DNA from: Chiloscyllium plagiosum
Taxonomy: Eukaryota
Length of the DNA: 64,000 nt
Assembly (NCBI RefSeq): GCF_004010195.1
Contig: NC_057754.1
Coordinates: forward strand, 12,628,609-12,692,608
Direction of reading: 5' to 3'
Part shown: piece after piece, positions 13,520 to 25,320 of the stretch
Numbering within the stretch: position 1 is the first letter of the stretch
How the letters are laid out: each line of letters begins with the position of its first letter
Translations under genes and position numbers: made by a program
Notes under the pieces: generated by a model
Seen by the model: the letters and a program-made list of their open reading frames with translations, nothing else
Databases searched by the model: none
What the model was told of the DNA's origin: nothing

Positions 13520-14400
13520 GGATGGTGGATGCATCATTCACAGCGAAGAGAAAATGTGCTCAATTGTGTGTGTGTGGATGAGACTTCAGTTGATCATGTG
13601 ACTTTTTAAAGCCAAACCAATGCCACACTGACAAAAAAACAGGAGATATGTGGGGAATGTAGGAAGAGTTTGATTACCCTCCAAGCTGCAAACACATTTG
13701 TGCAGTCGCCATCAGGGCGAAATCATTCACATGTTCCATGTCTGAGAAGGCATTCATGACGTCCTCCCACCTGCTGGCTCATCAGCGGATTCACACTGGA
13801 TAGGGGCTGCTCCCCTGCTCTGAGTGTCGCAAGGAATTCATTCAGTGATTGCATCTGCTGACATACTCAGGACTCAGAAGCAACCATTCATCTGCTTAGA
13901 GTGTGGGAAGGATTTCTCCCAGTCATCCAGCCGTTTAAACAGGTTTACACTGAGCAGAGACTTCACCTCAGGAAATAACATTACCAACCTAAAATAAGCA
14001 GGAATATTCAGCATTGATTCACCTGAGGCCCACTGTAGTTGTTACCTAGTAGGGCGACGAAATATCTGGAATTGAACCTTCAAGCTCAGCGAGCAAACCT
14101 ACATCCAAAACCTCAACCTGAGCTACAAATCTTCTCAAAACCCACTAAGAGCCTTTAAGTGTGCAGACTGAGGGAAGTGCTATAAAACCTCAAGTAGACT
14201 TTTGTGCCATCAATGTGTTCACACTGGGGAGAGACTGCTCAGGTGCTATCATTATGGGGCTGGGTTCAGGACACTATCTCACCTCACTGTACACCAGTGA
14301 ATACACATTGGGGACAGCTGTTCACCTGCTCTGAGTGTGGTATGAATGTTATTCAGTCATCCAGCTTGGTGAAACACAGCAAGTTTACAAGTAACCGCAG
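13520..14400 (+). pseudogene. Decayed C2H2 ZNF pseudogene containing a PLE terminal fragment (~13962-14148)
   Basis: Repeated cacactgg linker and CxxC codons with stops; upstream acceptor-like ...ttccacag at ~13410. Confidence 0.75.
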
Positions 14401-14699
14401 CAATTCGATGTTTTTGTTTGTTCATGGGATCACGGCACCACTAGCCCAGCCAGAATTTATCATCTATTCTAACTGCCCACCGGATGGTTTGGAAACAACC
14501 TCATTATTATGGGACTGGATTTATATGTAGGCCAAATTAAGTCGGAATTAACGAAGGTTCACAGACAAAATGGCACAAAGAGTTGCTTTCTGGTCTTTTA
14601 TAATGTTTCTGAAATGATCATGAATAAATTCTTACAGCTGATTTAAATGTGAAAGACCAACATGAGTTTTATTCTAACAGGGTGGTCATTACAGGGAAC

Positions 14700-16338
14700 T
14701 GGAAATGCTATAACGCTAGTATGTCAGATGGATCAGTTTTTGCTCAATGTGTGCAGGAGGGTTTCCTGACACGGTGTGTCAAAGAGCCGATAAGAGGGGA
14801 GGCCATACTGGATCTAGTGCTTGGTAATGAAGCAGGCCAGGTTTTTGATTCAGTGGGAGGTGAGCACTTTGGAGAGAGTGACTATAATTCGGTTACGTTT
14901 GATTTAGTGATGGAAAGGGCGAGGTACATGCCATAAACCAAGAGTTATCAATGGGGGAGTGGCAATTATGATATGATTAGGCAAGACGTAGGATGCATAG
15001 AATGGGGTAGCGAAATGCAGGGATGGGGACGATCAAAATGTGGAGCCGGTTTAAGGAACAGATACCGCCTGTCCTTGATAGGTATATCCCTGTCAGGCAG
15101 GGAGGAATTGATGAGGTAAGGGAACCGTGGTTTATTACAGAAATGCGCTTGTCTTAATAAGTGGAAGAAGAAGGTTTATGTGACGATGAAACAAGATTAT
15201 CCAGATAAGGCATTGGAGAGTTACAGATTAGCGAGGAAGTGTATAAAGAGAGAGTTAAAATGAGCAAAGAGAGGACATGAGCAGTCTTTAGCAGGTAGAA
15301 TAAAGGAGAACCCTAAAGCGTTCTATAGATATGTGAGGAATAATAGGATGACTAGGGTAGGAATAGGGCCAGTCAAAGATAGAAGTAGGTAGTTGTGTGT
15401 GAACACTGTGGAGATTGAAAAGATGCTAAACCAATATTTCTCATTGGTTTTCACCCAGGAAATGGAGAATATTGTCGAGGATAAGAATGAGATACAAGAC
15501 ATTAGACCAGAAAGGATCAGGTTAGTAAAGAAGAAGTGTTATCAATTCTCGAAGGAGTGAAAATAGACAAGTCCCCTGGACTGGATGGGATTTATCCAAG
15601 GATTCTCTGGGAAGTTAGGGAGGAGGTATTGGAGCCTTTGGCTTTAATCTTGAATCGTTATTGTCTACAAGTTTAGTACCAGTGGGCTGGAGGATTACAT
15701 ATGTTGTCCCCTTGTTCAAGAAGAAAGTGAGGACTGCAGATGCTGGAGATCAGAGCTGAAAATGTGTTGCTGGAAAAGCGAAGCAGGTCAGGCAGCATCC
15801 AAGGAGCAGGAGAATCGACGTTTCGGGCGTCGATTCTCCTGCTCCTTGGATACTGCCTGACCTGCTGCGCTTTTCCCGCAACACAGTTTCACCCTTGTTC
15901 AAGAAGGGCAGTAGAGATGATCCAGGTAATCATCAACCAGTGAGCCTTACGTCTGTTGTAGGATAAGTTTTGGAAAGGATTATGAGAGATCGGATTTACA
16001 ATCATCTAGCAAGCAACAGTTTGATTGCAGACAGTCAATGTGGTTTCGTCAAGGTCAGGTCACAACCCTCATTGAGTTTTTTGAGAATGTGACCAAGAAT
16101 GTGGATGAGGTTCGGATAATGATATGGTGGACATGGACTTCAGAAAGGCCTTTGGTAAGATTCCGCATGGTAGGCTGTTGGAGAAAATGCAGAGGCATGG
16201 GATTGAGGGTGATTTAGCAGTTTGGATTAGAATCTGGCTTTCTATAAGAAGGCATCGAGTGGGGTTGATATTCAGCCTGGAGAGCGGTTACGAGTGATGT
16301 GCCACAAGGATCTGTTTTGGGACCACTGTTGTTTGTCA
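14700..16338 (+). mobile_element. CR1 LINE ORF2 fragment
   Basis: GEAILDLVLGNE (APE endonuclease C-terminus) through the RT N-terminal half; frameshifted. Confidence 0.9.
15724..15891. mobile_element. 168-bp fold-back mini-element (hammerhead centre deleted)
   Basis: TSD cccttgttcaagaag at 15709-15723 and 15892-15906; inverted arms around cgacg-tttcggg-cgtcg. Confidence 0.9.
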
Positions 16339-16419
16339 GATTGAGGGAGCTGTTCCCGACCAAAGCCAACCTTACACGTGCGTAGCGCTATTTCTCCGTT
16401 GTGAGGCATGACCTGCTGC

Positions 16420-17670
16420 TCACAAACCCATGCTGACTATCTTTAATTAATCTATGGTTTTCCAAGTAATAATAAATCCTGTCTCTCAGAATACTCTCCA
16501 GTACTTTGCCCACCACTCACATAAGACTGACTGGTCTGTAATTCCCAGGATTATGCCTATTTCCTTTCTTGAACAAGGGAATAACATTTGCCACCCTCCA
16601 ATCATCTGGCACTAGTCCAGTGGACAGTGAGGAGGCAAAGATCATTGTCAAAGGCATAGCAATCTCTTCCCTCGCTTCCTGTAGTAACCTAGGGTATATC
16701 CCAGTCTGGCCCAGGAGATTTATCTATCCTTATGTTATCCAAATTTTTCAGTATCCTCCTTCCTAACATTAACCTGCTCTCGCATATCAGTCTGTTTCAC
16801 ACTATCCACAGAAATCTGAAGGTCCCTCTCAGGAGTGAATACTGAAGCATTCATTAATAATCTCCCCAACCTCTTCTGTCTCCAGGTACAAGTTCCCTAC
16901 ACTATCTCTGATCAGGCCGATCCTCATTCTAGCCATCCTCTTGTTCTTCACATAAGTTAGAACGCTTTAGGGTTTTCTTTAATGCTACTCACTAAAGCTT
17001 TTTTATGCTCTCTCCTAGCTCTCCTAAGTCCATTCTTCTGTTCCTGGCTACCTTGTAACCCTTTAAAGCCCTATTTGATTCTTGCCTGCTCAACCTTAAA
17101 TAAGCTTCCTTCTTCGTCTTGACTAATTGTTCCACAACGCCTGTCTCCCAAGGTTCTTTTAATTTACCATCCCTTCCTTGCCTCAGTGGGACAACCTGTC
17201 TAGCACTATCAGTAGGTAGTTTCTTCCCCCTCCCTCAATTAAATACTTTCCCATACCATCTACTCCTATCCTTCTCCATGAGTATAGTAAAGGTCATAGA
17301 GTTGTGATCACTATCACCGACATGCTCCCTCACCAAGAGATCGGACACTTGGAGTGGTTCTCCGCCAAGCACCAAGTCTAAAATGGCATCCCCTCCACTT
17401 GGTCTATCTATATATTACATCAAGAACCTTTCCTGCACACACTTGACAAAAACTGCTCCATCCAAAATATTTGAACTAAGTAGGTTCCAATCAATATTAG
17501 GAAAGATAAAGTCACCTATGACAACAACCCTGTCACTTCTGCACCTTTCCAAAATCTGCCTCCATGTTCTGTTGCTATTGGGGAGCCTGTAGAAAACTCC
17601 CAGTGAAGTGACTGCTCCTTTCCAGTTTCTCACTTCCACTCATACTGACTCTGTAGACAAACCCTCCTAA
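16420..17670 (-). mobile_element. CR1 LINE ORF2 fragment
   Basis: GVFYRLPNS...VVVIGDFIFPNIDW APE motif (17415-17639) and NYRPVSL codons. Confidence 0.9.
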
Positions 17671-17807
17671 AATTCTGTTTAACTGGACCAATCAATCCCA
17701 AACATTTCCAATTTGGCAGGGATGATGCAGTTCTGTTTAACTGAACAGGACTTTATGAACACCAGCAGAAACAGACTGTGATGAACATAGCTCAGTCATG
17801 GATGCAA

Positions 17808-18340
17808 CTAACAGCAATCATTACAGTTTCTCATCAACTCACTGGTGTCTCTGCAGTTTGGATGATTGAGTGAATCCAAACTCACATACTCAGAACATAC
17901 GAACTGTCTCCCCTCAGTGTGAATTCCGTGGTGTATACTAAGTTGAGATGATTGTTTGCTGCCAGTCCCACAATAAGAGCACTTGAAAGGTCTCTTCTCT
18001 GTGAACACGTTGATGAGGTATCACTTCTCCTAAAAAATTGAAAGCAATTTAGTCTGGCCATTCAAAAGATCTTTCAGTCGTGTGACCTTGCTGTTGTGTC
18101 AGCGGGGGTATGACTGAGTAAATCCTTTCTCACACTCCAAGCAGGTAAATGGGCTCTTCTTGGTGTGAAATTGCTGGTGTTTCAGAAGATTGGCTGTCCA
18201 GATGAATCCATTCTAGAACATGTGAATGGCTTATCCCCAGTCTGATTGTGTTGGTGGAGAATAAGTTCAAATGATCTCCTGAAACCAGCCCCACAGCATC
18301 AGACTGGCCTCTCATTGGTATGAATATATAATGGTGTATC
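17808..18340 (-). pseudogene. Decayed C2H2 ZNF pseudogene
   Basis: TEKRPFKCSYCGTGSKQSSQLSIHHGIHTEGRQFVCSE. Confidence 0.8.
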
Positions 18341-18629
18341 AGCTGATCTTTCTCTATGACTAACTTAGAAAATATGTTTATAAAACAAGTTTATCTGAAG
18401 AAGACAAAACAATAATGCTGATTTTTCACAGATGTTGCCAGTAAGCTTTTCCAGTAACTTCTGTTTTCGTTTCCTATTTACAGCATCCTTTTACTTCAGT
18501 TATTATGTTCATAAAACTGTTCATCAAAAGGGAAGGACAGAAATTCAAAACTAAGAATTTAGTTTCCATTGAAACTCTAATGTTCTTCAATACCCCTCAT
18601 ATTCTCCACCTGACTATTATGTTCCAGGA

Positions 18630-19373
18630 CCAAATTACTGCAGATTCTGGAATCTGGACTGAAAGACAACAAACGGAGGTCACAGAGAGTCAGACAGAAT
18701 CCATGAGAGAGCAAGCTAAATTTTCAAGTCTAGACGAATCTTCATCAGATTAGTCCAACACCAACACCCTCCCTCTGCAAACACAGAAGATGAAACATCT
18801 GCACCTTCACTTCCTCCCTGCTCCCCATCCAATGGCCTAAACAGTCTTCCCAGATGAAACAGCATTTTACCTGTACCTCTTCCAATCTTGTGTATTGTAT
18901 TGACTACACCCAATGCGGCCTACACTATATTGCAGAAATCAAACAAAGACTGAGTGTCCGTTTTGCAGAACATCTCCAGTCTGGACACAGGCATTACCCT
19001 GACCTTCCAATAGCCAGTCATTTTAACACAGCTTCCTGCTTTCATGCCGAAGTGTTCCAGTGAATTCACTGGAACACTTCAGCATGCTTTCGGCATGAAA
19101 GCATGCTGGAGGAATGAAATCTCATCTTCAAACCAGGCACTTTACAGGCTTTTGGACTCAACATCGAGTTCAACACGTTCAAATTGTGAACCATTTCTTT
19201 CCTTTTCGCTTGTTACACTCTGTCACCATGTCCTCTCTCCCCTCCCCCCATCCCAATGGGACAGTCTGTTCTTCCCAGTCTGACAATTAGACACACCATT
19301 GTTTTGCCATTCTCACCTTCTGATCACTTAATCTGAGCTATTAACATCTTTTCTCCACAAGTACCCTACATCC
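18630..19373 (+). mobile_element. PLE 3' fragment (GIY-YIG) with an inverted terminus on the left
   Basis: FTCTSSNLVYCI...CGLHYIAEIKQRLSVRFAEHL; minus-strand ctgatga...gaaa remnant at ~18715-18750. Confidence 0.8.
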
Positions 19374-20079
19374 NNNNNNNNNNNNNNNNNNNNNNNNNNN
19401 NNNNNNNNNNNNNNNNNNNNNNNNNNNNNNNNNNNNNNNNNNNNNNNNNNNNNNNNNNNNNNNNNNNNNNNNNNNNNNNNNNNNNNNNNNNNNNNNNNNN
19501 NNNNNNNNNNNNNNNNNNNNNNNNNNNNNNNNNNNNNNNNNNNNNNNNNNNNNNNNNNNNNNNNNNNNNNNNNNNNNNNNNNNNNNNNNNNNNNNNNNNN
19601 NNNNNNNNNNNNNNNNNNNNNNNNNNNNNNNNNNNNNNNNNNNNNNNNNNNNNNNNNNNNNNNNNNNNNNNNNNNNNNNNNNNNNNNNNNNNNNNNNNNN
19701 NNNNNNNNNNNNNNNNNNNNNNNNNNNNNNNNNNNNNNNNNNNNNNNNNNNNNNNNNNNNNNNNNNNNNNNNNNNNNNNNNNNNNNNNNNNNNNNNNNNN
19801 NNNNNNNNNNNNNNNNNNNNNNNNNNNNNNNNNNNNNNNNNNNNNNNNNNNNNNNNNNNNNNNNNNNNNNNNNNNNNNNNNNNNNNNNNNNNNNNNNNNN
19901 NNNNNNNNNNNNNNNNNNNNNNNNNNNNNNNNNNNNNNNNNNNNNNNNNNNNNNNNNNNGTGAATGAGTGGTGGAGCGGGATAACCAAGCTGGAACTGGA
20001 TGGTCCTCCAACCAATAGAAGCAGAAGAAAGGAGCACGATGATTTAATTTGGCCCTTCCAGCCAGCTGCACCATTTATC

Positions 20080-20730
20080 GCCATCATTGCTGATTGTCCA
20101 ACTCAATCGCCTAATTCTGCCTTCTCCCCATAACCTTTGATCCCATTCGCCCTAAGTGCAAGATCTAGCCGCCTCTTCAATGTATTGGCATCAGTTACTT
20201 CCTGTGGTAATGAATTCCATGCGCGCACTCTTTGGGGGAAGAAATGTCTCCTCAACTGGTCCACCCCAAATCCTCAGACTGTGACCCGTGGGTCTGGACA
20301 CACCCACCATTGGGACATCCTATCTGCATCTACTCTGTCTCCTCCTTCAAGAATTGAAATCTCTAAGAGATCTCCCCTCATTCAACAGAACTCCAGCAAA
20401 ACTAATCCCAACCTCATCAATCTCTCCTCATATGTCAGTCCAGTCATCTACAGAATCAGTCTGATAAAATTTTGCTGCACTCATTTAAGACCAAGAGCAT
20501 TCCTCCTCAGAAAAGGAGACCAAAACTGCACACCACATTTCAGGTGTGCCCTCATCAAGGACCTGTATAATTTCAACAATGCATCCCTGCTCCTGTTTCT
20601 CTCAGATTCCAATAGGTTTCCTCCCTTTCATAATAAATAGGACAAATGCAGGGAAATAGGCTGTATGGAGAGACATTTTGGTCCATGTGGACCAGTTTGA
20701 GCCAAAGTGCTGCAGGTCTCTATGACTGTA
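20080..20730. mobile_element. CR1-like 3' fragments in mixed orientation (paralog ~55075-55730)
   Basis: Antisense of C-terminal ORF2 (aaggagaccaaaactgcaca = VQFWSP), then a plus-strand ctctatgact tail. Confidence 0.65.
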
Positions 20731-21299
20731 TAAACTGACATTTTCACAAATGCTGGGACTAATCCACTATGTAAGGATGTTTGGAAAATTACACCCAATG
20801 CATTCTCGATCCGTTTATGCTTGTTTTGGAATCATGGGATGTAAACATTCATGGCCAGTTGTCTTATCTGACGTTAGCCCATCAGTTTGTCAAATGTGAC
20901 TTCAGTCCACATCTCCAACCCTATCCCGTATTCTTCAGTCTACATTTGATAGTCCCTGTTCTCAAGGGGATGATTTATCTTGATATAATTTAAGTCTTCC
21001 ACATTACACATTACCAGATACAAATTAACCGAACTTTCAGCATAACTTGCCTCTTTGGACAGTTAAAGAAACACGTCTATCTGTAATTTATCCCCCTGCA
21101 CAAAGAAAGGCTTTTGTTGTGAAGGAAGAAACAGAAATCAATCTTTATTTGGTACAGATTTAATTAAGGAGTAAAGCATTTCATGTCTGTCTGCCCTGAC
21201 TCTGTCAGTAAATGTCTCTTTATGTGTTCTCCAGTCACCAACAAGTTTACTCAGCATTTGATAAAATTAACAGCTGCAATCAGTGTTACTAAAGTGTTT

Positions 21300-21450
21300 A
21301 TCCTGTGTGGCTGCCAAGGTGTCACAGCAGATCGGATGATTGACTGATTCCTTTCCCACACTCAGAACAAATGAATGGCTTTTCTCCAGGGTGAAGCCAC
21401 AAGTGTCTCAGCAGCCTGGATGTCTGACAGAATCCATTTCCACACACAGC
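21300..21450 (-). pseudogene. Small ZNF remnant (paralog ~56290-56450)
   Basis: Minus-strand [13 protein letters not shown] codons (ttcccacactcagaacaaatgaatggcttttctccagg). Confidence 0.65.
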
Positions 21451-22049
21451 ATTTTTTTTACAGAGGGTGGTGCAAGTATGCAATGAGCTGCCAGAGGAAG
21501 GGGTGGGGGCTGGTGCAGTTACAACATTTATAAGGCATCTTGATGAGTAAATGAATAGGAAGGATTGAGAGGGACGTGGGCCAAATGCTGGCAGATAAGG
21601 AGAGATTTATTTATGATATCTTGTCAGCATGGACAAGTTGGACCAGAAAGTCTGTTTCTGTGTTATACATCTCTATGTCTCTCCCTGTCTTTCTCTCTCT
21701 CTATGATGTCTTGCTGCAATCTGCTCCCAGTTCAGACACGGAGTTGTGTTTGGGGCTGTGTCAGTGGGAACTGGATTGCTTCCACTTCAAACCAATGTTA
21801 TCCAATCATATCCCTGAGGGCAGTACGGATACAGAGATTGTGGGGATGGAGGGTGGGGGAACTGAGGTCAGTGAGGGCGTGTGCAACAGAGACTGGCAGG
21901 GCACGTATGTCTCCAAATATGGGAGAGATTTTAGCTGATTTAATTATGTTAGACTTACCATTGAATATTCTGATGTACAGTTTGCTTATTCAGCTGTCAT
22001 TTGATATTAAGTGTGTCTGGAAAAATCAGCAAGAATTAGATAAAATATA

Positions 22050-22402
22050 ATCCCTCAGCCCTGACCCTCAAACAATGTCTGCTCCCTCTGCACTGACCCT
22101 CCGACAGTGCCCTCCCTCTTAGTGCTGACCCACCGACAGTGCCTGCTCCCTCAGCGCTGACCCGCCGACAGTGCCTGCTCCCTCATGCTGGCCTGCCAAC
22201 AATGCCCGCTCCCTCAGTGCTGGCACACCGACAATGCTCGCTCCCTCAGCAATGACCCTCCAACAGTGCCCGCTCCCTCAGCACTGGCCCACCGACAGTG
22301 CCTGCTCCCTCAGCGCTGGCCTGCCAACAATACCCGCTCCCTCAGTTGTGGCACACCGACAATGCCCGCTCCCTCAGCAATGACCCTCCGACAGTGCCCG
22401 TG
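22050..22402. repeat. ~32-bp GC-rich minisatellite, about 11 units
   Basis: Repeated gacagtgcccgctccctcagcactgaccctcc. Confidence 0.9.
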
Positions 22403-22634
22403 CTCTCGGCATTCTGATTGCAGCCTGGTCCTGCTTCACTGTTATACTCACTTGCACAGTTTTCAACAAGTTTTGAAGCAACCAAGAACATCGTCGATGA
22501 ATTCCTCTGCTAACTGATAACAGTGTCCTGGAAGTAAATGAAACAGAGAGGTGAGCTGGAAAACTCCTTGTCCCTGCCCCCTTTGACCAATTCCTGCCTA
22601 ATTTTCAGTACAGCCCAAAACCAACAGATATGTT

Positions 22635-23025
22635 TCTGTCTCTCCTTAGCAACAGGCCCCAAACCCTCAATAACTCTGGTCTCATCCTCAACAACAGGCC
22701 CAATATTATAGCTGTCTTCTATTTCATCTCTAGCTTCGGTCCAAAATCCTGACCAATCCCCATCTCATCCTTGACAAAGGCCTCATACTATGGTCAACTC
22801 CGCTTGCATCCTTAGCCACAGGCGTCAGGTCCTGACTAACTCGTTTTCCATCCTTAACCTTCGGCCCCATACCCTATCTACCAACATTCTTAGCAAAAAG
22901 GTCCAATTCCATTGCCATCTCAACACTGGCTTGGGTCCCAAACCCTATCCAACTCCGATCTTATCCTCAGTCATAGGACTCAAACACCTGGCTAGGTCCC
23001 ATCTCCTCGTTAGCAACAGCCCACA
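22635..23025. repeat. Highly degenerate ~41-42 bp tandem repeat (paralog ~57610-58000)
   Basis: catccttagcaacaggccc-like cores at ~22646, 22687, 22728, 22770, 22811, 22854. Confidence 0.55.
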
Positions 23026-24127
23026 AGGGACTGTAGCTTGTTGCAGGATATGTGACTATCCATGTAAGTAATATAGACCTATTACTAAAGCCCCACTTCT
23101 CCCAAGCACTGTGATTGGTGTAATTGCAGTACTCCACCCCAGGAGCCAGCAGGTAGTAATAGTTGGCACAGCCAAACAGGAACATTATGGTGCGTTGGAA
23201 TCAGGAGCAGACGCATGTCTTTTGGAGGTTGGTGTGGGTGGAAAAGAGGGGAACAGACAGGGCTGGAGTGGAAAGGTGTGTCGGGAAAGGTGTGGGCTTC
23301 AGCATTGAAATTATCAACAGAAGGATTAGAAACCTGAGGAATAGGACTGACGCCTAGAAATGTGAACCTTAGCAACAGACCAGAAAGCCTGAGGTCTTGG
23401 AATAGCAATAGAGCTGAAGGAGATTACAGAGATAGGGAGGTTGTCTGAGCTGGAGGAGGTTACAGAGAGAGGGGGAGAGAGTGTGCACGAGCCCTTGGTG
23501 ACCAAATGATAAAAGGCTGCTCCCTTTCCTCATACAGACGGAGGTCTGTAGTGCTGCGTGAAACTAAAAGCCAGTGACCTCCATGAAGTGGGAATGATCA
23601 TGGAGGGAGGGAGGTCTCTCTCTTTCTNNNNNNNNNNNNNNNNNNNNNNNNNNNNNNNNNNNNNNNNNNNNNNNNNNNNNNNNNNNNNNNNNNNNNNNNN
23701 NNNNNNNNNNNNNNNNNNNNNNNNNNNNNNNNNNNNNNNNNNNNNNNNNNNNNNNNNNNNNNNNNNNNNNNNNNNNNNNNNNNNNNNNNNNNNNNNNNNN
23801 NNNNNNNNNNNNNNNNNNNNNNNNNNNNNNNNNNNNNNNNNNNNNNNNNNNNNNNNNNNNNNNNNNNNNNNNNNNNNNNNNNNNNNNNNNNNNNNNNNNN
23901 NNNNNNNNNNNNNNNNNNNNNNNNNNNNNNNNNNNNNNNNNNNNNNNNNNNNNNNNNNNNNNNNNNNNNNNNNNNNNNNNNNNNNNNNNNNNNNNNNNNN
24001 NNNNNNNNNNNNNNNNNNNNNNNNNNNNNNNNNNNNNNNNNNNNNNNNNNNNNNNNNNNNNNNNNNNNNNNNNNNNNNNNNNNNNNNNNNNNNNNNNNNN
24101 NNNNNNNNNNNNNNNNNNNNNNNNNNN

Positions 24128-24490
24128 CCTGCTGCTCCCGCTCTTTCTGTGAAGAGAAAACAAAACACCGCTGCCCGCTACCGGTAAGTAATATTAAAAC
24201 AAACTATCTCACCTTAGCTGTAGCTTTCCGGGTTCCTTTAAACTCTGCTCTGCTCGCACTCAAAATGACCGTTGGCGTCAAAGGGTGAGTATTTATACTC
24301 ACTGCTTTCCTTCCCTGCTGCCCCTCTGGTCTTCATCACATCCCCCTGCTGCTCCTGCTCTTTCTGTGAAGAGAAAACAAAACACCGCTGCCTGCTACCG
24401 GTAAGTAATTTTAAAACAAACGGTCTCACCTTAGCTGTAGCTTTCCGGGTTCCTTTAAACTCTGCTGCTGCTGCTCTCTTTGCTCCCCCT
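24128..24490 (-). repeat. ~217-bp tandem units, probably a CR1 5' UTR
   Basis: 24128-24250 recurs at 24345-24465; adjacent to an N-gap. Confidence 0.55.
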
Positions 24491-24617
24491 TTTGAATGGT
24501 TCCTTGTACCACAGTGCCATGGTCAGTTTGCTCATCTTCCCTACAGCTCCCACTCTCATCCAAACAGGGAGCAAAAATCTCAAACCTGTTAGACAAGCCG
24601 AAGAGCTGAGGAGAACA

Positions 24618-25050
24618 TGAGGACTGCAGATACTGGAGAATCGGAGTCAAAAAGTGTGGTGCTGGAAAAGCATGGCAAGTCAGGCAGCATCTGAGTAGTA
24701 GGAGAGTTGACATTTCAGTCATAAGCCATTCATCAGGAATATGGTGGTGGGGAGGGGGCAAGGGGGCTGGGACATAAATAGAAGAGTGGGGCTGGAGCAT
24801 GGGCTGGGGGGAAGGTAGTTAGGAAGGTGATAGCTAGATGGAGATAGAAGATGGTGATAGGTCGGAAAGAAGGTGGAGCGGATAAGTGGGAAGGAAGATG
24901 GACAGGTAGGACTGTTCAAGATGGCAGTGCCGAGTTGGAGGTTGGATCTTGGATGAGTTGGGAGGAAGGGAGATGAAGAAACTGGTGCAATTGACGTTGA
25001 TGCCATGTGAGTAGGTTGCCAAGGTGGAAGATGAGGCATTCTTCCTCTAA
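24618..25050 (-). mobile_element. PLE 3' end with decayed hammerhead
   Basis: Minus strand attcctgatgaatggcttatgactgaaatgtc; upstream EECLIFHLG-type GIY-YIG C-terminal codons (~25020-25048). Confidence 0.7.
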
Positions 25051-25116
25051 TCATCTGATGGCTTGGATTTGGTGGTGGAGGGAAGCTCCTTCAGCACTAA
25101 CCTCTGGTTCCCTCTA

Positions 25117-25320
25117 TTCTGGATTAGTGGTGCTGGAAGAGCACAGCAGTTCAGACAGCATCCAAGGAGTAGCAAAATCAACGTTTCGGGCAAAAGTCCT
25201 TCATCGGGCTTTGCCCGAAACGTCGATTTCGCTGTTCCTTGGATGCTGCCTGAACTGCTGTGCTCTTCCAGCACCACTAATCCAGAATCTGGTTTCCAGC
25301 ATCTGCAGTCATTGTTTTTT
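25117..25320. mobile_element. 204-bp fold-back hammerhead mini-element
   Basis: TSD cctct(g/a)gttccctcta at 25101-25116 and 25321-25336; ~78-bp inverted arms; minus-strand ccgatga-a-ggacttttgccc-gaaacgtt. Confidence 0.88.

Larger units (their letters stand above)
5052..23627 (+). repeat. Segmental duplication, copy A
   Basis: Colinear with 38035-58628 from 'agctgaatgcatggcca' to 'ccatgaagtgggaatgatc'; paired ORFs throughout the ORF track; right end abuts an N-gap. Confidence 0.97.

Noticed and set aside
20137..20640. 167-aa ORF (196 aa at 55133-55723)
   Set aside because: Antisense reading of a CR1 3' fragment
22050..22402. CRISPR-like array
   Set aside because: Contiguous tandem units with no unique spacers, no cas genes, vertebrate context
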